Part shown: piece by piece, positions 51,564-64,000 of the stretch | Layout of the letters: every line of letters begins with the position of its first letter | How positions within the stretch are numbered: the stretch's first letter is position 1 | DNA from: Lingula anatina | Taxonomy: Eukaryota > Animalia > Brachiopoda | Length of the DNA stretch: 64,000 nt | Assembly: GCA_051362555.1 (NCBI GenBank) | Contig: CM120648.1 | Location: 721,721-785,720, forward strand | Direction of reading: 5' to 3' | Position numbers and translations under genes: made by a program | Notes under the pieces: generated by a model | What the model saw: the letters and a program-made list of their open reading frames with translations, nothing else | Databases searched by the model: none | What the model was told of the DNA's origin: nothing

Positions 51564-52402
51564 AACAGACTACGGTTCCTTATTAGATATGAAAAACCTT
51601 CACCTCTGACAACTTCTTAAATAAAACTGAGCTCAACAACAACACAAACAAAATCAAAGTTTCTCTGAAATATTACAAGCTTTAAAGGTCTTTTTTATCT
51701 CGAAATTCTCAATTAACAGCAAATTATCTACCTCTGATGTTCAGAGTTACCGCTGTGACAAATATGCTTGGACCGGGGCGAACTAGATCCGTGAAAAGGG
51801 GTTGGACTTGTCCCTAAGGTTTTTATATATTATTTTTATTATTATTTATTTATTTATCTTTTTTACAAATGTGATTGCATAATATTTGCAAGACTAATTC
51901 AAAGTAAGAATTTGTCACAATTAATGCCATACATACCTGCATGACATACATATAAATAACTATAACTGTAAATCTTTACTCAACAGACTACGGTTCCTTA
52001 TTAGATATGAAAAACCTTCACCTCTGACAACTTCTTAAATAAAACTGAGCTCAACAACAACACAAACAAAATCAAAGTTTCTCTGAAATATTACAAGCTT
52101 TAAAGGTCTTTTTTATCTCGAAATTCTCAATTAACAGCAAATTATCTACCTCTGATGTTCAGAGTTACCGCTGTGACAAATATGCTTGGACCGGGGCGAA
52201 CTAGATCCGTGAAAAGGGGTTGGACTTGTCCCTAAGGTTTTTATATATTATTTTTATTATTATTTATTTATTTATCTTTTTTACAAATGTGATTGCATAA
52301 TATTTGCAAGACTAATTCAAAGTAAGAATTTGTCACAATTAATGCCATACATACCTGCATGACATACATATAAATAACTATAACTGTAAATCTTTACTCA
52401 AC
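51564..52402. repeat. Apparently exact 418-bp tandem duplication
   Basis: 51564-51981 repeats at 51982-52399. No differences were seen by eye. AAC microhomology at the junction. Confidence 0.92.
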
Positions 52403-52663
52403 TCACAAAAACAGGCACTAAATTGAGACTGAAAATTTACTGTCAGAGGTAAAATAATAAGTTGTTGCACCCACCCAATATTAAAAAAATACACTGCCTG
52501 TATTCTAATGCAAAACATACCACAAGACGCTCTATGTAATTCCTTGACAAATACCTTCTTCATATATAACAAGCAATTTACCTTAGCGGAACAGGTTTAC
52601 CAGCTTACACTGAGAGTCTTATTAACGCTCTATGAATTTGTTTGGGACTGAAGCCTGATCTAA

Positions 52664-52883
52664 GACCCCATTTCCAGAGATAAGATCGATCCAAACTAGA
52701 TCGACCTAACTCCCTGGGCCAAGGGTTCACGCTAAATAGCTGTCAGCCGAGCGGGCACGAAAGTTAATTACCCCCTTACAGCTTGTAGTAGGCGGGACGG
52801 ACATTTAAGCCGGATTATCTGACAGTAATCTAGTGAGACTCCCCGCGAGGATAGATCGATATAAAAGCTCTGGGAATACGCCC
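52664..52883. mobile_element. MITE family A copy with TAA TSD
   Basis: TAA-GACCCCATTTCCAGAG ... CTCTGGGAATACGCCC-TAA. It is the reverse orientation of the 23224-23440 copy. Confidence 0.8.
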
Positions 52884-53604
52884 TAAGTTAAGGGCCATTT
52901 CTCAAGCTGCTCAACTAAAGACTCTTACTGTTATTATTATTATTACTATTATTATTATTATTATGGTGAAGAAAGTATGAATAAAGCATGTACTATCAGA
53001 TGGAAGTAGTTTCCTCTATTCTCCGAATCAGAGGGAAAACAACTTGCAATAGACAGATACTGTGACAGTATATGGATAATATACAACCCTGCGTCCTCTA
53101 CATGGGAACCACGGCTGTTTCACCAAGGCGATGTCATTAACTCGACAGAACAATGCAACGTTATTACTCAATTATTATGATTAGAATCAGTTAAAAAGTC
53201 ATACCTCTATCGTTGTTTTTCTCTCACTTGACCCTAGCCAGCACTCTGGATAGTTTTAACTAATCTAATTAAAATTACACAATAGTTACGGCTTGTAATA
53301 CACAATACCCCCTGTATGTATGCACGTGAATGTCATCCATTTTAACACCTATAAAATCACTCTTGCTTATAATGTTGCCACTAAAGTGCATGATGGATAA
53401 ATAATTTAACCATAATGGACCCAAGGTCTACAACACCGGTAGAGGTAGATGTATGTGTAATAGACTACAAGTTCCGGGCGAGACATAATGACGTCATGGT
53501 GATAGGTACCAGTGTGACTAAGTACTACAAATTAAATCCATAGAAAAAAAACAATACAGTGCAATATAATACAACACAATAGAGGTTAAAATAAAATATT
53601 TATT

Positions 53605-53709
53605 ATAAATGAAAATTATCAAACAAAAGCCGAAATATTTTCATACCGTTAGATTACGGCCAACCTGGGCTGAAAATATTTCGGCTTGTGTTTGATAATT
53701 TTCATTTAT
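53605..53709. repeat. Hairpin with ~39-bp arms
   Basis: ATAAATGAAAATTATCAAACAAAAGCCGAAATATTTTCA / TGAAAATATTTCGGCTTGTGTTTGATAATTTTCATTTAT. Confidence 0.8.
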
Positions 53710-55175
53710 GATCCAACTACTAAGCTAATAGACATTTTTGCTCAAAATATATATTGTTAGAAATTCTAATTATGCACCATCAAGGGATCACCACGAATTT
53801 GAAAACATACTGCTACGTAACGACCCATATTCAAGGACGGCTTTTTATCACCCAAATCCAATAAAGAGGTGCAAATGAGGTCAGAGGCACGCTCTTAAAA
53901 ATATTAAGTGTACAGATTAGAAATTATGTTTGATAATTTTAGGGTCCTACATGCACAAGTTCGTATGAAAGTTTCACTGCACTAGAACCATGAATAATAA
54001 AAAATAATTCACCATCAAAACCTAAAAAGAAACACGTTACAGTCACAAATGGAACACTTTCAGATCCGGAAGTGTTTTACTCACTTTGAAAATTCGAACA
54101 GCCCTGGTTTTGTTTTTTTAATCTATGTCCTTCATGCATAACGTTGTAAAAAACATGATAATCTTCTGTATAGAGCGATGAATTTTTATGTACGCTTTTA
54201 GTATGTCGGTCACTGAATATCATATAAAGAAAATTGCGGTATACCGACAGACAAAGAAGCATTAACTGAACTTTGTTTATGCGCGGTGCAAAGAATTATG
54301 TCATAAATGTCAAGCTTCACACTACAGATGATTCAGCTGACAACATAACTTATTGCAGTAAGTGCTTGGACAAGTATAACCTTGTCTGACATATTTTTCA
54401 TGGGAACATACGTTACCTTAGCCATGACGCAAAGCCACCTGAGTTAAAATTAAAATATTCATTAAGACGTCCTTAGCCAGCTATAATTTACAACCGCTGA
54501 ATCACTCAGCAGTATTTGGAACACGATACAAATAAATAAATAAATAAATAAATAAATAAAATGTATGTGTTCCAGAACATACAATTATGTTTTTTACTAG
54601 AACATTTATGATAGACCATAATAGAAAGTACATGAGGATTTGTTCCGTACGCATAAATGTTTTAAAACACAACTTCAAATTCTTTCATTTTTATTTTTCG
54701 TATTTTTTATTTATTTATTTATTTTATTTATTTATTTTATTTTATTTTCAGACTTGTGAAATTTCGGCTTGTGAAATGCACCTCTATATTGAGTTTGGGT
54801 CTTGTCCTTTGTTAAAAATACCAACTCCTCATGATCACTTATGTAACGAAAGTTGGGGATATTTTTTTTATGACTGACCGTACCTTGTATATAAAGAAAT
54901 AGTGCTGCATCCCTCGCTTTGTAATATATGGGAGCACTAAATGATCTGTATATAGCAACTTATTGTGAAGTGGTTTTAGTAGATTTGTATATAAGTACAC
55001 GTAGCGCAGTCATAGTGCTATCTTGTTTATTATTATTTTTTAATATTTCCATCAGTCCTACTTGATGCATAAGGATGAATTAAAGTATATTGTATATAAA
55101 TGTGGCACCTCAGCTGTATATTAAATGTAGCTTATCTACTCTCACTTTACAGAAAGGACATATACGTTTTTTATT

Positions 55176-55259
<84 letters not shown>

Positions 55260-55845
55260 TTATACTAAGCGCTGTCTATATGCTACCCGATGAAGTTCTA
55301 AGCCTAGCTACAACAGCTGTTTCTCAGGAGTCAGAGGGCTCTCTTCCAAGTCAAATTCTCTACTATCACATGATTTCAAATTTTGATTAACTTGTATGTG
55401 CGTACATGTAACTTTTCCTAAGCCAGCAGGTCAGTCTTTGGCAAAAAAAAATTCTCTATTTAAAAGAAATCTCTTCGCTCCCTTCGCGGGACTAAATATA
55501 AAGCAGGAGAGGGAGGACAAAGTTAACATAGTATGTGGGGCCTAAATGTGTAAAAATTGCTTGCTATCATCTTCGCTTGCTTTGCTTTTTGTTATGCCAG
55601 GTGACGGAAAAGGGGTGACCTCAGAAGCTAGAAAGGAGAGGGACACGCCCGCCGTGACCTTGCCTTACTCCGTCTACAATGCCAACACACATTGTTTAGT
55701 TCATTTTTTAGGTTTATAAAACTGCGCTAGAGGTAGGGCGTTTGTTATTGGAATTAAATTTCAACTGGGGGATGCCTTATGAGACACGGATGTGGGACAA
55801 TTGCAGACGAGACATAGGGCTTTGACAGACTAGCACTGACCACGA

Positions 55846-55901
<56 letters not shown>

Positions 55902-58054
55902 TTGTATTAGAACACATTTCATACGGGGTGGTAGCTCGGGACGTCAGGGGCAGCCATATTTGACCCTCGGACTATTTAGTCCCCTATTCTGAATGGGGTC
56001 TATGGGAACCACTGAGTTAGAGTTTTCCTAATATTCCACGGTACAGCTTGAAGCAATTTTTTATCATCACAGACAGGAATATTCACGCACATATCAGTCC
56101 CGTAATATCTCTGCTCAAATAATTTTATGGCCTATAAACGAGTGAAACGGTGAACAGTTTTATCTACTGTTCCGCTACAGTGCATGGACTGGACATCTTG
56201 TCGTTTACTTAATACAGATTACGCCCCACCCATTGATGACAGAGGCCTCTAAAATAGTATTAAAAAAATCAAGTATAGGCTGAGTCCGGTATACTCTCTT
56301 ATATCACAAGGGCATCTAAACTAGTATGCAAAGCTGAAGAATATGATATACTAATTGAGTACAGACTACTAGCTAACCTGTGGTCAGAGAATGGGCTCTA
56401 AACTACCGGGTATCATATATGATTATTATAAAACATAAGCTGAAATATTTTCACGCCGTTAGCTTACGACCAGCCTGAATTTCAACCAAGATCCTTGAAT
56501 CCAAGCCATCCTACCTCCTACGGAAGACACTAGACGCTATTAGTATCTTTTTTGCTCATTTACCCTCTAAAATAGTATACAGAATTCAAGTATAGGCACA
56601 TATTGAAGATATGGTTCCCCTACCTCATGCCGTTATGCAGACTAATGGTGAAGTTAGTCTTAGAAGAAACTGGAAAAAAAGGCTCAGAAACCGTAACTAT
56701 AATCATCAAAATTTCCCCAAATGTATACCTACAGGCCTAGGCACAAGTGAGCTCTATCCAGTTAGTTCGATGTGGGTCCCAGTCTTGACTAAATAGAAGT
56801 CAGTTGTACCTACCCACTGAATCTAAGTGACGGCTCTCGTGTAGTTACTAGCATCCGCGAATTCTTTCAAACATGACTCCTACTCTAGCCACATAGCTCT
56901 CGATCAATACTACCAATTTCAGGCATTTAGTTACCGTCTTTTGTGGTCATAATGGCATGGTTCTATCTACCTGTGGTCTACCAGTAGATGAAGAAAGTCT
57001 GAACAAGCCTACCATACAAACTTAAGATACCCTTATCCGTCTTCGCCCGCTTTGAAAAATATGAATCTCACCTGTTATACCCGCTACATAGAAATGTCAC
57101 CACTGAATTTGATGCCTGGTTGTACCCAGTTACCCTGTATCCGTATTCGAGCAGCCTTTGTTAAGCTTGATTACACCGTCACAGTTAAACGTGAGATCTT
57201 CTTGAAATGTTGCAAAAATACTCAAAAATGGTGGAACGAATCCGTTAATATTTCTGAGAGATGGTTAATTATAAATGCTCCTTCCCCCCGTATTCGTGTG
57301 TGTCGCCAATATGGTTGCCACCTCTGCGTCAGTGCTAATACGCGATCAATACAGAGCCGAGAGTTTCTAAAGCGTGAGCCCGCAACAATAGTTATGACGC
57401 TAAACGCATGATGTTGTCCCTTTATATGTAAATATATGTTCAATATAGAATGGGGCGCAAGGTGTAACAAGGGGTTTTCACTGAGCGTAGTAGCTAACAA
57501 AAGGTATTACTCAATCATTATAATTACATTATAATTACACTGTAAGTGAATACCTTGATAAGTCTTTTCCTCACTTGACCTTAGACAGAGCTCTAATTAA
57601 AAAGTTTTTAGGGTGTTTTTATGATTTATTTTAGATGTGTCAGATAAAAGTGACGTTCGTACGGTAGTAAATGTACACATTAATTTTCATAAATTTGTTC
57701 CGATATGTTGTCTTCTTCGTTTGCTTACTTAAATTCTCTATTTTCCAATGAAAGTGTGGTCACTTGACTATATGTATCTGTAGGCTAACTTGTTAAGGAA
57801 CATAAAAAAAAATGTTTTTAATTTTTTTATTCAAAGGTCGAAATACATTTAAGAGACAATTATCGATGTTATCAGCTGAAGAACGAATAAAAGCATCCAT
57901 ATTATAAACGTTCTCTCGATGGGGGAGGGGGGGGAATGGCGATTTCCAAGCTGAAGAATGCAAAGAGACTCCTAAACTGTGTCACCAATGTAGGCCTACA
58001 CTTAATAAGAGAGTAAAAGAAAACTGTGCACAGATTTCTGCATCACTTCCTTGT

Positions 58055-58095
<41 letters not shown>

Positions 58096-58411
58096 CCCGG
58101 GGAAGAATGTCTCCACATCACGCAATACACCACTCTGTCCACTCCCTTACCCGTACTTACACCTGCGTTCTCCCTTCAAAGGCAGGATATATAATATACC
58201 TAACTATTCTGTCAGTCTATGTTGTGGTAACTGTCACTGTCATTCACGTAGGTGTCAGCGAGGAGTAGTGTGTTAAGGAAGGTTCTTTTGTGGGCCGACT
58301 GTAACCTTACACCTTAACCTAGGTATCTCGTGCGAGCGTATATATAACTAGGCTGGGTATTGTAGCGCACATGTTGACTATTGTGGTATAACATAAGACA
58401 GGGCAGTCAAT

Positions 58412-58585
58412 GGCCCCATTCAGAATAGGGGACTAACTAGTCCAAGGGTCAAATATGACGACCCACTACAAAGCTTGTCGTCTTCTCTCTAATAGACACT
58501 AAATAGATATCCCGTGGGGAAGTATTCAAGTGGGTCGGCCACATTTGATCCTCGAACTAGCTAGTCCACTATTCTGAATGAGGCC
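58412..58585. mobile_element. MITE family C copy
   Basis: GGCCCCATTCAGAATAG ... CTATTCTGAATGAGGCC. The interior matches 47582-47748. Confidence 0.8.
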
Positions 58586-61500
58586 TATATAAAACTGACA
58601 GAGAACAAGGTGTGCGACACGCGGCACGGTTCAGAAAACAACGGAATCTACTGTTATCACACGGACGTCCGGAAAATGTACAGAATTGAAGAAGAGGTCC
58701 GATACAATAAATTTATAACAGGCTACAAGCGGAGTCTGTGGTCAGAGAGTAGGACTCCACGATTCTAAGGGCTCATTTTGAATGAAACTATGGTTCAACG
58801 TAGATCAAACCAACTACGCGTGGACTCTGTTTGTATTGAATCAGATTGATAGATGAATTAACAGGCCTCGTTTCCAACGTACTTCTGTAGCTTTTCCGTA
58901 TTCTATTCGACGCCAGGAAGAGGCTTGTTAATCTGCTAATCTTATAGCATTCAGCGAGAGTCACTGCGGAGTTGGATTAATCTACGTAGAAGGATAATTT
59001 CTTTGGGAAGGCGCTCTAAAAACAGGGCGTGAATGCGCCGTCATCCGAGAAATGGTCGAGGTTATTCAAATAAAATGTCTGTTTAACGATCCGTTCAGAA
59101 CATGACTCATCGTTTTAGCACGTTATAGTGTACATAAGTAACTGATTGTATATCACAAGAAGGACTCCATATATATTTTGCTAAGGTGGGGAGAGCGGAG
59201 AAGGGGAGGAGAGGCAAGGATGAAAAAACATCTTGCTGTGATCTATATGTTTGAAAGAAAAGAAGAAGCAATTTTTATCGTGTTTTGACTATAGTGTATC
59301 ATATTATCTATCTCTGTGCATGCCTGTACTCACCAGCGAAGGCTGGCGTGAAATGTTAAGTATGAATAACGATATTTTCCCACTTTTCAAATAGTATAGC
59401 AGGGAAAATGTTGTATTGATGATAAGGTTCTGAAAAAGAAAGAACAAATGTTCATATTGCTTTTCCGTCTTTGACTGGGGTAAGTTAAATATACAAAAAC
59501 AAGTCAATATATCATTGATAATTTAACCCTAAAATAGGCCGCCCTTTATTCAAATGACAAGTAAAAAAAATTAAGTGATATATGAATATATAAATGGCAA
59601 ACTTAACTTTGAAAAAACACAACTGTTGTTTTGAGAATAAAGTAGGTATTTATATACATAAATAAATAGCTTTAGTGGGATTCCAAGATGGTAATTTGTG
59701 CAGTGAATTGATTTGTGAAGCATTGGTTATCTTGAGTAGCTTTTGGGGGGAGTGTTTCACTTTCTAGCTGGCGACCAAACTTTACACACAGTTAAAAAAA
59801 AACTGGGTACGCAGGTTTGAGATTTTTATCTCTATTTTCTGTCGCTCTAAGCGGTTTTCTCTCTAATTTTTTTCTCTTGTTTTTTTTTTTTTTCATTTGG
59901 TTTCATAAATAAAACGGAGTCGATGACAACAAGGTGAAAAATTCATTTTATTGAACTTGCGATTATTACCTTTTCCATATAGACTGGTTGTTGCTATATT
60001 CTAACAAAGACGAATAATAAGCGCTGACAACAGAATATATATATACGTGTATCCGTAAATTTTATTAATTCCGATACGCACATTCTACATTTGCGTTTTT
60101 TAATAGAAGTGAAGGTCATAAAGGTGTCAAGTGTCGCATGAAACAACAGCAGACTTGATCCACTGAAAAACTGAACTAAATGTATGGTTGCACCGTAAAC
60201 ATGAGTCTTCCTTGACACATGACATATAAATAGGTGTGCTATCAAATGGCCAAAATGAACACAGTGTGTAGGTCGGGTTCTTTAAACACGAAAAATGCAC
60301 TCATATTATGAGGGGATAGCGCATGTCGGAGTGATCTACATGAAATCTTGGACATAAATTATGTCCAAGATGAAATCGACCCGACTGGTCAGCGAAAGGG
60401 AATGGTGAATTGAAATTCCGAAAATATTTCAAGGCACAGCAAGCGATAACCTATTCATTTAACACAGAAAGGGTCATTAATGAAGATTCATGCCCTACTT
60501 TGCCTGCTCCCATCAAACAAACAAAGGAAGAAATACTAAATTTTCTGCACTTACATTCCTGACCAATACTTGCTATATTTTGGTATCTTCTCATTAAACA
60601 TGTATAATTTACCTTAAGTTAGCCCAAATTCATGCTCTCAAAGTGAAGACCAATTTTCGGGCGTATTTTAAAAGGAATTTCAGTCATTTTATTGATACTC
60701 TCTAAATTTCTCACGATGTTACAAGTAGTTAATTTTTCTTTCTATGAGCACCAGAGCCCTATTGTGTTTGTTGAGAACATGTATAAAGCACAACACAAAT
60801 TGTGTCGCGCTTCTGATCTTGATGGCTCCTAGAACTATGAGGGCTAAGGAACTGATTTTTTTCACTGAAAGTTGCTGCTCTTTGAAGCAGTATCTTCTAA
60901 ATACAATGTGAAATGAAATTAATCACAGTAAAAGCAACGTGATAATTTGCCAATTTAAGTGATTGTAGCAAACTTATAGATATTTTTCCTCAACGTTTGC
61001 GCCTCGACCATTTTCTATTTGTTTTCCCACAAAATAATACTTCCGATTTTATGTCATTTTCTAAATTATAAATCCGTAAGATAAAAACCATCAACTTATC
61101 TTTCGCAGACTTTTTCCCTCAAAGGAGTAATTAGAGAGCGAGAGAGAGAGAGAGAGAGAGAGACCGAAAACAAAACACAAAACAGAAAATAGTTTCATTT
61201 GCCAAATCAAAATTTATTTTCCCACTTATTCGATTTTTACACCATATTCCAAAAAGGGCTGAAATTTTAGAGTCTTTTATTTAAGATACGGTTTCAGCTG
61301 GCGCTGGGTAGTTTATACGTGTCCTACATAGAGGAACCTGTTGGGAGTGTTAGTTCCGGGTTGAGACCCTTCGCAGCAGTCCAGGCCGAACAGGCAGCAT
61401 AACGCATTGTACTGGGCTGGAGCAACGGGGAACCCAGAGATGGCCTCTTTTGTCGAGCTAAAATGAGAATGTTTATTTATTTATTTATTTATTTATTTGC

Positions 61501-61659
61501 ACATAAACAAAAATATTTCCATCTTTTGTTGAGCTAAAATGAGAATATTTATTCATTTATTTATTTACACACAATTTTTTTCTCTCCAAAATGATGCAGT
61601 TTTCCAACATAATAGTCTTTCTGTAATTCCAGCCAAGTCAAATTAAAAATGCACTAGAA

Positions 61660-61777
61660 CGTGTTCACAAGCAGTTGATCCGCGGACGAACTAGTTTTCA
61701 TTGCTTTGCCCCTGGTGGATGGCGGCGCGCTTGGGAGGTCAGGGTAGGCCGCGGATCAACTGGTTGTGAACGCGGCC
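61660..61777. mobile_element. Short MITE
   Basis: CGTGTTCACAAGCAGTTGATCCGCGG / CCGCGGATCAACTGGTTGTGAACGCG inverted arms. Confidence 0.7.
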
Positions 61778-61879
61778 TTTTTAAACCTGCTCATCCATGA
61801 GAAACTCGAAGACACATTATAAATTTTCTGTTTTTTATCCTTGACCTGTCCCCTCAACGAGAGAATACGGCTCCGCCAC

Positions 61880-61912
<33 letters not shown>

Positions 61913-62827
61913 AAGAGAGAGAGAGAATAACCTTGTAACAAGCCAGTCCATGACATCAGCTGGGGTGGCATTCGGGTTGGTTTCCAAAAACAAAGCAACA
62001 GCTCCAGCCTGGAAGAGACGAAACCGTTTGTTAGGGCTTGAGTATTAAACTGCTAGATGAAATTATTTACCGCACAATGACATTTTTTTCTCAACTGTTG
62101 TGACTAATTGCCAGATGACGTGCAACATTTTTCTCCGTTCATCTCTAGTTTTTACGACGCTTACTACAAAGTGTATCACTTTAAAGCATCGGTGCATAAC
62201 TGTATCAGAAAATGTAACTGCTGGAATTTTGAGTGAAGATTTGTGTAATATTAAGATCATTTATTAAGTAATATATCTATAACCGAGACATACCACATGA
62301 GGGGCAGCCATAGATGTACCTGAAAAATTTTAAAAAAAAGTATACTGACTTATTTTAAACCTTACAACGTATATTTAAGCTATCACCTTCATACAAATCT
62401 AAAAGGCCCGATTTTTCCATCTTTTTTCGATCCCCACTGCATATTTTACTTTGTTTAGAAGTATTATGTATTCCCTTTGAATTGCCAGATAATGGTATGT
62501 GGATAGGGATGTAACTCATCACCAAAAATTCACGTTTCATCCCCCCCCCCCCCCATATTCTGTAAGTAGGTATTTGTGCAAAGCCATGCAGCATTCAAAA
62601 AAAAAATAAATAATGAAATAAAACTGAAATAATTGCGGATCTATTTTCCTCCGAAAAGTGAAGAAAACATGGCATAATTAATATACAAATACAAAAAACG
62701 TGCCAAAACATGTACATGTATACTTATCACTGCAAAATGATACAATTACATATTCTTCGCAAGAAAGATGGTGGTAGAGAAAAAAACTTCGATATATAAG
62801 TTTATTATCACACGAACGTTCGTGCTC

Positions 62828-62889
<62 letters not shown>

Positions 62890-64000
62890 TTTCTCACCGC
62901 TCAAAGAAACAGTTCCAGAGGAAGTTCCTGCATCAGCTCCAATGATGTCTTTGCCCTGAAACACATCATTATAATTCCATGTGAAAAAATGAAGGCAGTG
63001 TCTACTATAGTACATCTTGCATTTTTGCACATGGGCGGAGGAGCTGGGACTATGGTGCCTTATTCTGCCTCTTTTATTTCAACCGCGCCAGTCTTAATTG
63101 CAGGAAGTATGGTGCTGGATTGTCTGCCAACTTTTTATGCCAAATGTGAATGAATTACATGTACATGTTATATTTTAAAAAACTACGTTCAACTTTTTAA
63201 AAATCACACACATACGCATTCACGCATGCGCACACATGAATATTCGTCCAATGCAGACAGTTATCAGTAGAATATCAAACACGTTTATTTTGTTAGCAGT
63301 TCAAAACTTTTCATTGTTATTATTATTATTTTTGGAAGATAACTGAGAACTGGAAGATAACTGAGAAAATTTGCTTGTCTTATGGCCTATTTTTCTCTAA
63401 CATTTTATACTCACAGGGGCAATGATATCTACGCATTCTCCGTAGTTGGAGAAAGAAGCCTTGGCGTCTTGGTTTGTACTGGCCGCGACACAGACACTAC
63501 AATACAAACAGCTCATTTTTAGCGACTCTTAAGGAAAAAAGGCCTCGTGCGAAATTCACGATAAGACAAGACCAATCAAGAAATCTAATCTTGAGAACTT
63601 GATAAAGTTATTGAACTATTTATTTTTAAAAATACAATTAAACGATAACAATTGGAATTAAAAGGAGAAGAAGAAAAGACTACGTAGTTAAAAGGTTAGC
63701 AGATGTGTTTTAAGTTTAAATATTTACTTACACATCACTAGCACCTGCCGGGGAGTAGCCGCACGCATCATCGTTGGAGTTTCCGGCCGCAGCAACAACA
63801 GTCACGCCCTGTGATTGGTTCAATAAATAGAATTACCACACATATCATAGACAAAAAATTCAGGTTCAAATAAAGCCCCTCATTATATTATGATTATCAT
63901 TTATACTGTACCTGCAAAACAGCACTTGCATTTATAACAATTAAAAATGAAACACAGATTGAGGAAAAATAAAAAATAAGATAAGAACATACAAACACAT

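Noticed and set aside
52900-64000. Protein-coding or structured RNA genes (tRNA, hammerhead ribozyme) in the last 11 kb
   Set aside because: Only short unrecognisable ORFs, microsatellites and MITEs were seen. No cloverleaf or complete CUGANGA/GAAA core was found by eye, and an Infernal/Rfam scan would be needed to exclude them.

Overview
AT-rich animal genomic DNA with spliceosomal introns, microsatellites and many MITEs. A mollusc-like invertebrate is inferred from repeat types and gene content and is not proven. Five protein-coding genes can be assembled by hand, and their exon phases stay in frame: TPRG1L (+, 4 exons), a GDA1/CD39-family NTPDase (-, 6 exons), a galactose-3-O-sulfotransferase-like gene (-, 2 exons), a CARD-caspase (+, 9 coding exons, one GC-AG intron) and a STELLO/DUF288-like glycosyltransferase (-, intronless CDS). 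The rest is transposon-derived: a decayed two-gene THAP/SAP DNA transposon, nested elements with 5-bp TSDs, an element with a 6-bp TSD, Harbinger-type MITE families, a Helentron-like element and a 418-bp tandem duplication. The most notable observations are (i) a ~249-aa Q/G/Y/P-rich prion-like tail with 9-residue repeats and a terminal TRAF6-type motif fused after the caspase domain, with NF-kB/ISRE-like sites upstream, and (ii) an NTPDase with signal peptide plus a putative GPI-anchor signal. No CRISPR, rRNA or tRNA was found.
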